Below the pieces are notes generated by a model, which ran no database searches, was not told the origin of the DNA, and saw only the letters and a list, made by a program, of their open reading frames with translations. A DNA stretch of 64,000 nt from an uncultured Actinomycetota bacterium (GTDB taxonomy: Bacteria > Actinomycetota > UBA4738 > HRBIN12): the NCBI GenBank assembly GCA_963746335.1, contig CAVVAK010000009.1:244157-308156 (forward strand), written 5' to 3'. Shown here piece after piece: positions 17,577 to 25,903 of this stretch. The position numbers and the translations under genes are program-made. Position 1 is the first letter of the stretch. Each line of letters begins with the position of its first letter.

Positions 17577-20383
17577 GTAGGCGGCTTCCGGAGCGCCTGG
17601 GCGAAGCGATCCGGCGCGACCGGCCGATCAGGTTCCGATTCGAACGCCGGACGATCCCCGCCTTCGAGGGGGACACGGTGGGATCGGCGCTCGCCGCCGC
17701 CGGGGTGTCGATCACGAGCCGCTCGTTCAAGTATCACCGGCCGCGCGGGCTGCACTGCATGACGGGCTCGTGCCCCAACTGCTTGATGCAGATCGACGGG
17801 ATCCCCAACGTCCGCGCGTGCACCGAGCCCGTGTGCGAGGGGATGCGGGTCGAGCGGCAGAACGCCTGGCCCTCGGTCGACCGTGACATCCACGGATGGC
17901 TCAACACGTTCTCGTTCATGATGCCGCCGGGCTTCTATTACAAGGTCTTCCAGCGACCTCGCTGGGCGTGGCCCTTCGTCGAGCCGTTCATCAGATCGAA
18001 GGCCGGGCTCGGCACGGTGCCGCACGAGCCCGATCACCGCCGCAGACGGAGGATCAACCTGCATCCGGATGTCCTGGTGATCGGCGCCGGTGCCGCCGGC
18101 CTCGCGGCCGCGACGGCGGCGGCGGATGCCGGAGCGACGGTCGTCCAGCTCGAGCAGGGCCGCGAGGCCGGCGGCCACCTCCTCGGCGATCCGAATGCAA
18201 GTCTCCGATCGCGGCTCGCGCGGGAAGCGCTCGAGTCGGGAGTCCGTCTCCTCCCGAACACGGCGGCGTTCGGGGTCTTCGGCGGGATGCTCGTGGCGGC
18301 CGCCGGTCCCGACGCCCTGTACCGGATCCGAGCGAAGCATCTGATCTTCGCGACGGGCGCCGTCGAGCAGTCCGCCGTCTTCCCCGGGAACGACCTTCCG
18401 GGGGTCATGTTGTCCTCCGGGGTGGAGCTGCTCCTCCATCGCTTCGGTGTGCTGCCCGGGCGACGCGCGGTCGTGCTCACCGCCGATAACGCCGGCTACT
18501 CGACCGCCTGGGCGCTGCGCGACGCAGGAGCCGAGGTGACCGTCGTCGACCTTCGCTCCGAGGGAGGCTGGCCGGAGGGGTTCCCCGTGGTGCCCGGCTC
18601 GACGATCGTCGCCGCGCACGGTCGCCGGCGGGTGACGGGGATCACCGCGGGGCCGCCGGGCGCCTCGTCCGGTCACAGGATCCGCTGCGACCTCGTCGTG
18701 ATCGCCTCCGTGCAGATGCCCTCGACCAACCTGTTGGCTCAGGCCGGTGCGCGGCTGGCCTTCAACGATACGAGGCAGGCCTTCCTCCCCGTCGACATGC
18801 CGGACCGGATGCATGCCGTGGGCGCCGTCGCGGGGACCGGGACACCGGAGGCGGCGATCGCGCAAGGGAAGCTCGCGGGGCTCGAGTCCGCCGCCGCGCT
18901 CGGCCACCATGTCGACCAGGCTGAGGTGACGGAGCTCCGCGCCGAAGCCGGTGCGGCCGGGGACCCGGTCGTCCTTCCGCCGGAGGCCTCGGCCGCCTCG
19001 GGGAAGCAGTTCGCGTGCCTGTGCATGGACGTCACGTCGAAGGAGCTGAAGACGGCCGCCGCCGAGGGGTTCGATTCGATGGAGCTCCTCAAGCGCTACA
19101 CGACGATCACGATGGGCCCGTGCCAGGGGAAGTCCTGCATGCTGTCATCACAGCGGCTGTGCGGCCAGGCGACCGGACGGTCCTTCGGGGAGACGAAGCC
19201 CACGACGGCGCGACCACCCTGGGTTCCCGTGGAGATGGGCACGCTGGCCGGCTCCCGCTTGACGCCTCGCAAGCAGACGACGATGCACGATCGGCATGCG
19301 GCGGCCGGAGCCGAGTTCATGTGGGCGGGGGATTGGCGAAGGCCGCACCACTACACGACCCCGGAGGCCGAGGTCGATGCGGTCCGGAACCGGGTCGGGC
19401 TGATCGACGTGAGCACCCTGGGCAAGTTCCGGATCAAGGGGCCCGAGTCGGTCGAGCTGCTAGAGCGCCTGTACCCGAGCCGATTCTCGGACCTCGCGGT
19501 GGGGAGGGTCCGCTACGGGGCGATGCTCAACGACGAGGGGGTGATCCTCGACGACGGCGCGGTCGTCCGACTGGCGGACGACGAGTTCTTCGTGACCGTG
19601 ACGACGGGCAACACGGCGGCGCTCGAGCGATGGATCACCTGGTGGAACGCCGACTGGCAGCTCGACGCCCGCGTGCTGAACGTGACCGGTGCCTTCGGCG
19701 CCCTCAACCTGGCTGGCCCCCGAGCGAGGAGCGTCATGGCCGCGCTCACCGACGCCGACGTGTCCGGGGACGCCTTGCCGTACATGTCCGCCACGAAGAT
19801 GGACGTCGCCGGTGTGCCGTCTCTGGTGCTGCGGATCGGCTTCGTGGGCGAGATGGGCTACGAGATCCATTTCCCCTCGGCGTACGGCGAGCACCTGTGG
19901 GACACCATCATCGACACGGGGCGCGTCGGCGGGATCGCCGCGTTCGGCCTCGAGGCCCAGCGGATCTTGCGTCTCGAGAAGCAGCACATCCTCGTGGGCC
20001 AGGACACCGATGCCGAATCGGATCCGTTCGAGGTCGGACTCGGCTGGATGGTGAAGGAGGACAAGGAGGACTTCCTGGGCCTGCGCGCGTTGCGGGACCT
20101 GAAGCAACGGGGACCAGAAGAGCGCCTGGTGGGGTTCACGGCCCCCGACCGGTGGCTCCCGCCGGAAGGAGCGTCGGTGGTTCGTGACGGCGCCTGGGTC
20201 GGTCGGGTGACGTCGGCGAGACGGAGCGCGGCGGTCGGGAGCGTCATCGGCCTCGCCTGGGTCCCCGCAGACACGGCCTCCGATGGGAGCACGTTCGAGA
20301 TCCAGTTCGGGGGCAGCCACACGACGGGAACGGTGCGCACCGCTCCGTTCTACGACCCTCGCGGCCAGAGGTTGCGGTCATGA
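17573..20383 (+). CDS. soxA: sarcosine oxidase alpha-subunit family protein (N-methylglutamate dehydrogenase large subunit, with THF-binding GcvT-like C-terminus)
   Basis: GTG at 17573 (track ORF 17450 trimmed). The N-terminal F.G...DTVGSALAAAG 2Fe-2S-like region is followed by the VLVIGAGAAGLAAA Rossmann motif. The C-terminus is GcvT-like (GLIDVSTLGKFRIKG, GFVGEMGYEIHF). Confidence 0.9.
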   Translation: MSRRLPERLGEAIRRDRPIRFRFERRTIPAFEGDTVGSALAAAGVSITSRSFKYHRPRGLHCMTGSCPNCLMQIDGIPNVRACTEPVCEGMRVERQNAWPSVDRDIHGWLNTFSFMMPPGFYYKVFQRPRWAWPFVEPFIRSKAGLGTVPHEPDHRRRRRINLHPDVLVIGAGAAGLAAATAAADAGATVVQLEQGREAGGHLLGDPNASLRSRLAREALESGVRLLPNTAAFGVFGGMLVAAAGPDALYRIRAKHLIFATGAVEQSAVFPGNDLPGVMLSSGVELLLHRFGVLPGRRAVVLTADNAGYSTAWALRDAGAEVTVVDLRSEGGWPEGFPVVPGSTIVAAHGRRRVTGITAGPPGASSGHRIRCDLVVIASVQMPSTNLLAQAGARLAFNDTRQAFLPVDMPDRMHAVGAVAGTGTPEAAIAQGKLAGLESAAALGHHVDQAEVTELRAEAGAAGDPVVLPPEASAASGKQFACLCMDVTSKELKTAAAEGFDSMELLKRYTTITMGPCQGKSCMLSSQRLCGQATGRSFGETKPTTARPPWVPVEMGTLAGSRLTPRKQTTMHDRHAAAGAEFMWAGDWRRPHHYTTPEAEVDAVRNRVGLIDVSTLGKFRIKGPESVELLERLYPSRFSDLAVGRVRYGAMLNDEGVILDDGAVVRLADDEFFVTVTTGNTAALERWITWWNADWQLDARVLNVTGAFGALNLAGPRARSVMAALTDADVSGDALPYMSATKMDVAGVPSLVLRIGFVGEMGYEIHFPSAYGEHLWDTIIDTGRVGGIAAFGLEAQRILRLEKQHILVGQDTDAESDPFEVGLGWMVKEDKEDFLGLRALRDLKQRGPEERLVGFTAPDRWLPPEGASVVRDGAWVGRVTSARRSAAVGSVIGLAWVPADTASDGSTFEIQFGGSHTTGTVRTAPFYDPRGQRLRS

Positions 20384-21006
20384 GGACGTCGATCAGGCGC
20401 TCGCCCGCCGCCCGACTGTCGGCGCTCCGCGGGGCGGTGTTCGTGGAGGAGGCCGGGTGGGAGATCCCGGCCTCCTACGGGGACGACGCCGCCGAGCGCG
20501 CTGCCATCCGCGATCGCGTGGCGATCGCGGACGTCACCGCGCGCGCGAAGGTGGACGTGCGCGGCCGACTGCCGCAGGCGCTTCCCCTGCCGGCGGCGAC
20601 CGTCATCGCTCGCATCTCGGCGGAATGGGTCGTGGTGTTCGGAGGGCCGGATGCGGAGACGAGGCTGCTCCGGGCGATCGAACCCGTGGCCGGTTCCGGC
20701 GCGATGGTGACGGACGTGACCCACCTGTTCGCGGGGTTCGCACTGCTCGGGCCCGAGGTGCCCGCCGTGCTGGAGAGGACCACCTCGTGGGATCCCACGA
20801 CCCTCGCTCCCGGGGAAGCGACGGGAGCGCCGATCGCGGAGGTCCGGGCGTTGATGGTCCGCCGGGATCTCGAGGTGCCCGTGATCGAGATGTACGTCGC
20901 CACCGAGTTCGCGCGCTACGTCTGGGAGACCCTCTCGGGCGTCGTCACGGGGCTCGGCGGTGCACCGGTGGGATGGCAGGCGCTGCGCATGGAGGGCTGG
21001 AGCTGA
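20380..21006 (+). CDS. soxG: sarcosine oxidase gamma-subunit family protein
   Basis: 208 aa, in the position and of the size of SoxG. Its start overlaps the alpha stop (ATGA) and its stop overlaps the next start. Confidence 0.75.
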   Translation: MRTSIRRSPAARLSALRGAVFVEEAGWEIPASYGDDAAERAAIRDRVAIADVTARAKVDVRGRLPQALPLPAATVIARISAEWVVVFGGPDAETRLLRAIEPVAGSGAMVTDVTHLFAGFALLGPEVPAVLERTTSWDPTTLAPGEATGAPIAEVRALMVRRDLEVPVIEMYVATEFARYVWETLSGVVTGLGGAPVGWQALRMEGWS

Positions 21007-22220
21007 TGCACCCGATCCGCTACTTCCGGCCCTGGCGCATGTGGCGCCATCACGAGCTCAAGGACTCCTACGACGTCGTGATCGTCGGTGGTGGCGCCCA
21101 CGGGCTCGCGATCGCGTACGAGCTCGCGAAGCGTGGCATCCGCGACGTCGCCGTTCTGGACAAGAGCTACATGGGCGCCGGTGGATCCGGCCGCAACACG
21201 ACGATCGTTCGTGCGAACTACCGGACGCCCGAAGGCGTGGCCTTCTACAAGGAGGCGCTCAGGCTCTACGAGCAGCTCGCGCAGGAGCTCGACTACAACC
21301 TCCTGCTCTCGCAACAGGGTCACCTGACGCTGGCACACGCCGAGCGCGCCGTGATCGTCGCCCACGAGCGCGCGGAGGTGAACAGACTCCTCGGCGTCGA
21401 CTCCCGGGTGATCTACCCCGACGAGATCGCGAAGCTCTGTCCGGAGCTCGATCTCTCGACCCATCCCGATTTCCCGATCATGGCAGCCCTCTACCACCCG
21501 CCCGGGGGCGTGATCCGCCACGACGCCGTCGTGTGGGCGTACGCGCGGATGGCCGACCGCCTGGGCGTGCATGTGCACCAGGGCACCGAGGTGACCGGTG
21601 TGAACGTCCAGAGCGGCCGGGTCACCGGCGTCCGAACGAACCGGGGTGACATCGCGACCGGCACCGTGATCTCCGCCGTCGCGGGGTGGACGAGCGAGGT
21701 CTGTCGGATGGCGGGCGTCGAGACGCCGATCGTCACCCACCCGCTGCAGGCGTTCGTGACGGAAGCGCTGAAGCCCTTCCTGGATGTGATCCTGGTCTCC
21801 GCCACCCTGCACGTCTACATCTCGCAGACGGACCGGGGGGAGGTGCTGATCGGGTCGGAGATCGAGCCGTACACGTCGTACTCGCAAGACTCCACGCTGG
21901 ACTTCCTCGAGGTCACGGCGGCCCATTCGCTCGAGCTCCTCCCGGTGCTCGGACGCGTGAAGCTGATGCGCGCGTGGGGCGGTCTCTGCGACGTGACGCC
22001 CGACTACTCGCCGATCATGGGGCTCACCGATGTCGAGGGGTTCCTGATCGACGGGGGTTGGGGTACCTACGGGTTCAAAGCCACGCCGATCGTCGGCGTC
22101 ACGATGGCCGACCTGGTCAACGACAGCCAGGTGCCGGACCTGATCGCGCCGTTCGCGCTGGAGCGGTTCTGGACGCGGCAGCTCGTCTCGGAGATCGCCG
22201 CCGCCGCCGTGTCCCACTGA
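21006..22220 (+). CDS. soxB: sarcosine oxidase beta-subunit family flavoprotein (N-methylglutamate dehydrogenase catalytic subunit)
   Basis: ATG at 21006 (track ORF 20283 trimmed). It has YDVVIVGGGAHGLAIAYELA and GGSGRNTTIVRANY, and is 404 aa. Confidence 0.9.
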   Translation: MHPIRYFRPWRMWRHHELKDSYDVVIVGGGAHGLAIAYELAKRGIRDVAVLDKSYMGAGGSGRNTTIVRANYRTPEGVAFYKEALRLYEQLAQELDYNLLLSQQGHLTLAHAERAVIVAHERAEVNRLLGVDSRVIYPDEIAKLCPELDLSTHPDFPIMAALYHPPGGVIRHDAVVWAYARMADRLGVHVHQGTEVTGVNVQSGRVTGVRTNRGDIATGTVISAVAGWTSEVCRMAGVETPIVTHPLQAFVTEALKPFLDVILVSATLHVYISQTDRGEVLIGSEIEPYTSYSQDSTLDFLEVTAAHSLELLPVLGRVKLMRAWGGLCDVTPDYSPIMGLTDVEGFLIDGGWGTYGFKATPIVGVTMADLVNDSQVPDLIAPFALERFWTRQLVSEIAAAAVSH

Positions 22221-22254
22221 GCGCTCCCGGCTCCTGGGAAGGACCATAATCGTC

Positions 22255-23112
22255 GTGATGGCCACCGCCGCGCAGCCGCTCCGTCGGAACACCTCGAGCG
22301 TGCACGTCGTCGCGCTGAACGACGGCGTCCGGTCCGAGCGGACGGACACCCTTGCCGCGGAGGAGCCCCTCGAGATCCGGGTACAGGGTCCGGGGCAGGA
22401 GCTGGCGTCGGTGGCCGTGACGATGCGGACGCCGGGGGGTGACTTCGAGCTCGCCGTGGGATTCCTCTTCACCGAGGGCTTGATAGTCCCCGGGGACGTC
22501 AGCCGGGTCGCCTACTGCGACACCCTGCCGGGTGAAGACCAGCAGTACAACATCGTGTCGGTCACGCTGAACCGTCCGTTCGACTTCGACCGGTTGAAGC
22601 GGAACTTCTACGCCACGTCGTCGTGCGGCGTGTGTGGGAAGGCGGCGCTGGACGACATCGAGGTGCGATGCGCTCCCGTCGCGACGGGCACCAGGGTGGC
22701 CGGAGCGACACTCCTCGCGCTTCCGGCGGCTCTCCGCAAGGCGCAGAAGGTCTTCGAGCGGACGGGCGGCCTGCACGCGGCGGGGCTCTTCTCCGCCGAA
22801 GGGGAACTCGTCTCCGTCCGCGAGGACGTCGGTCGTCACAACGCGGTCGACAAGGTCGTCGGGGAGCAAGTGCTGGCCGGCCACGTGCCGCTCGCCGACC
22901 ACGTCCTCCAGGTGAGTGGGCGCCTCTCGTTCGAGATCGTGCAGAAAGCCGCCGTGGCAGGTATCCCGATCGTGAGCGCCGTGAGCGCGCCGTCATCCCT
23001 CGCGGTCGAGGCCGGCGAGCGGTTCGGCATGACGCTGGTCGGTTTCGTCCGCGACGAGCGTCTGAACGTCTACACGCATCCGGAGCGCCTGATCACGCCC
23101 TCGCTCAGTTGA
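22255..23112 (+). CDS. fdhD: formate dehydrogenase accessory sulfurtransferase FdhD
   Basis: 285 aa with TPGGDFELAVGFLFTEG, SSCGVCGK, GGLHAAG, EDVGRHNAVDKV and SGRLSFEIVQKA. Confidence 0.9.
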   Translation: MMATAAQPLRRNTSSVHVVALNDGVRSERTDTLAAEEPLEIRVQGPGQELASVAVTMRTPGGDFELAVGFLFTEGLIVPGDVSRVAYCDTLPGEDQQYNIVSVTLNRPFDFDRLKRNFYATSSCGVCGKAALDDIEVRCAPVATGTRVAGATLLALPAALRKAQKVFERTGGLHAAGLFSAEGELVSVREDVGRHNAVDKVVGEQVLAGHVPLADHVLQVSGRLSFEIVQKAAVAGIPIVSAVSAPSSLAVEAGERFGMTLVGFVRDERLNVYTHPERLITPSLS

Positions 23113-23839
23113 CCGCGACGCCGACGAGGCTGCCGACCCCGTACGTGATGGCCGCCGCCACCACGCCGATCCCGAGCATCCTCGCTCCCGAGAACAGCAC
23201 GCCTCGGCCGGTGAGGATGGTCATCGCGCCTCCCACGGCGAACAACGTCAACGCCGAGATGCCCGCCGACACGACGACCGCCGTGTCACCCGAGGTGAAC
23301 AGGAACGGAAGCAGGGGGACGATCGCCCCGATCGAGAACATCACGAAGGAAGAGCCGGCCGCCGCCCAGGGCGAGCCGAGTCCCCCTTCGATATCGATCC
23401 CGAGCTCCTCTCGTGCGTGCGTCGCGAGGGCGACCTGGGGATCCTTCATCAGCGCCACCGAGATCTGCTCCGCGGTCTTCGGATCGATGCCCTTCGCCTC
23501 GTAGAGCCGCGCCAGCTCGCGCTGCTCTTCCTCCGGCAGCGTCGCGATCTCGTGCGCTTCCTTGTGGATCAGCTGTTCGTAGACCTCGCGCTGCACCTTC
23601 ATCGAGACGTACTCGCCCGCCCCCATCGAGAACGCGCCGGCGAGCAGGCCGGCGAACCCGGCGATCACGACCACCTTGCCGGCGACCCCGGAGCCCGCGA
23701 CGCCGAAGATCAACGAGAGGTTGGAGACCAGGCCGTCGTTCATCCCGAAGATCGCGGCGCGGAGCGCGCCGGACTTGCTGCTCGACGCGTCCTGTTCGCC
23801 ACCGACCGGTCCCGGGTGAGGCACGATCCGTGACGTCAT
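23105..23839 (-). CDS. VIT1/CCC1-family metal (Fe/Mn) transporter
   Basis: LRAAIFGMNDGLVSNLSLIFGVAG and five hydrophobic helices. The start is uncertain: ATG 23839, ATG 23875 or GTG 23911. Confidence 0.75.
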   Translation of the reverse strand: MTSRIVPHPGPVGGEQDASSSKSGALRAAIFGMNDGLVSNLSLIFGVAGSGVAGKVVVIAGFAGLLAGAFSMGAGEYVSMKVQREVYEQLIHKEAHEIATLPEEEQRELARLYEAKGIDPKTAEQISVALMKDPQVALATHAREELGIDIEGGLGSPWAAAGSSFVMFSIGAIVPLLPFLFTSGDTAVVVSAGISALTLFAVGGAMTILTGRGVLFSGARMLGIGVVAAAITYGVGSLVGVAVN

Positions 23840-23955
23840 CCCGCACACAGTAGACCGAGGCGGCTCGACGCCCATCCCGTGGCTCTTCGCGCCGCCTACA
23901 ATCGCTCCCACGGTCGGAGGGTCCGATCGGCCATGGAACGGGAAAAGGAGCGCCG

Positions 23956-25893
23956 ATGCCGAACGGGCTCACGCGACTCACCGAGCCGATGGTGCGCGAG
24001 GACGGGGAGCTGCGCGTCGCGACCTGGGAGGAGGCCCTCGACCGGGCCGCCGAGGGGCTGCGCGCCGCCACGGACCGCCACGGCGGCAAGGGGGTCGGCC
24101 TGTTCAGCTGCTCCAAGGCCACGAACGAGATGAACTTCGCGGCACAGAAGTTCATCCGCCAGGCCCTGGGCAGCAACAACATCGACAGCTGCAACCGCAC
24201 CTGACACGCACCGAGCGTGGTCGGTCTGGCCACGGTCTTCGGTGCCGGAGGCGGCACCAGCTCATACGAAGAGGCGGAGCACACGGACCTCATGCTGCTG
24301 TGGGGTTCGAACGCTCGGGCTGCTCACCCGATCTTCTTCCACCATGTCCTGAAGGGGATCCATGACGGCATGCGCTTGATCGTGGTCGACCCTCGCCGAA
24401 CGGAGTCGGCCGAGTGGGGCGATCTCTGGCTCGGGCTCGACGTCGGGACCGACATCGCCCTGTCCAACGCGATGGCTCGCGAGATCATCGTGAGCGACCT
24501 GCACCACCACGCGTTCATCGATCTCGCCACGACCGGCTTCGAGGATTACGCGGCCTCGGTCATGGACTGGACGCTCGAGCGAGGTGAGGAGGTCACCGGC
24601 GTGCCGGCCGAGGTGATCCGCGAGGTGGCGCACGCCTACGCCAAGGCCGATCGCGCGATGATCTGCTGGACCCTCGGGATCACGGAGCACCACAACGCCG
24701 CCGACAACGTGCTCGCGTTGATCAACCTGGGGCTGCTGACGGGGCACGTGGGGACGTACGGATCCGGGATGAACCCGCTCCGCGGCCAGAACAACGTCCA
24801 GGGCGGCGGCGATATGGGGGCGATCCCCAACAAGCTCACCGGGTTCCAGGACATCGAGACCGACACCGAAGCCCGCGAGCGCTTCGAGCACGAATGGGGC
24901 GTGTCGATCGAGCCCAAGAGGGGCTGGCACCTCTCCCAGATGTTCGAGGCGATGGAGGAGGGCGACCTCACCGCGCTGTACGTCATCGGAGAGAACCCGG
25001 CTGCCTCCGAGGCCGACAACCAGAAGACCCACAAGCTGCTGGCGAACCTCGACATCTTGATCGTGCAGGACATCTTCATGACACAGACAGCGAAGATGGC
25101 CGACGTGGTGCTGCCCGCCGCGAACTCAGCCTTCGAGTCCGAAGGGACCGTGACGAACAGCGAACGACGTGTGCAGCGCGTGCGTCCGGCGCTGGTGCCT
25201 CCGGGGAACGCGAAGGACGACATCTGGATCATCGGCGAGATCGCGAAGCGGCTCGGCCACGACTGGGGACATCCCACGGCGCACGACGTGTGGGAGGAGG
25301 TCCGCAGGCTCTCACCGATGCACGCCGGGATGTCGTGGGAACGGATCGAGGAGCTCGGCGGGATCCAATGGCCCTGCCCGGACGAGTCGCACCCAGGGAC
25401 GAAGTTCCTCCATGCCCGCCTGTGGTCGGAGGATCCGGCGGAGCAAGGGATGAAGGCGCCGTTCTCCGTCGTGCTCTACGAGCCTCCGGTGGACGAGTTG
25501 GATGAGGACTATCCGTTCCGCCTGACCACTGGTCGGCGGCTCGACTCGTACAACACGGGCGTGCAGACGGGCGGGTACACGTCGCCGCTCCGTCGGGAGG
25601 AGACGCTCGACATCTCTCCCGAGGACGCCGAACGGCTGGGCGTGCGTGAGGGGGAGCGGGTACGGATCGCGTCTCGCCGGGGCGAGGTCGAGGCCCCCGT
25701 CCGGCTGGCGCTCGGCCTGCGGCCCGGCCTCCTGTTCATGACGTTGCACTTCCCGGACCAGGTCGACATCAACAACCTGACGATCGACGCGTGGGACCCG
25801 AAGTCGGGGACCGCGGAGTTCAAAGCCACGGCGGTGCAGGTGGAGAAGCTGCCGGCGGCGGCCATCGCGACCGGTCACGGGGACCGCGAGTGA
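23956..25893 (+). CDS. fdhA: formate dehydrogenase catalytic Mo/W-bis-PGD subunit (C-terminal two-thirds of a split FdhA), with selenocysteine encoded by UGA at 24202..24204
   Basis: Track ORFs 23956..24204 and 24217..25893 are in the same frame. Read through, the sequence is NIDSCNRT-U-HAPSVVGLATVFG, which matches the FdhF active-site block (U/C)H.PSV.GL. An AAGGAG RBS precedes 23956. Confidence 0.85.
24208..24245 (+). promoter_or_regulatory. putative bacterial SECIS hairpin
   Basis: The lower stem GCACCGA (24208-24214) pairs with UCGGUGC (24239-24245). The upper stem CGUGGUC (24216-24222) pairs with GGCCACG (24228-24234), including one G-U pair. The apical loop is GGUCU. The GGUCUG Gly-Leu codons are at the same offset from UGA as in the E. 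coli fdhF SECIS. Confidence 0.7.
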
Positions 25894-25903
25894 CGGAGGT
25901 GGC

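Noticed and set aside
23956-25893. Reading 23956..24204 and 24217..25893 as two separate genes, or as a nonsense-mutated pseudogene.
   Set aside because: Both ORFs are in the same frame. The TGA falls exactly on the catalytic Sec/Cys position and an fdhF-like SECIS hairpin follows. The downstream ORF has no RBS or sensible N-terminus of its own.
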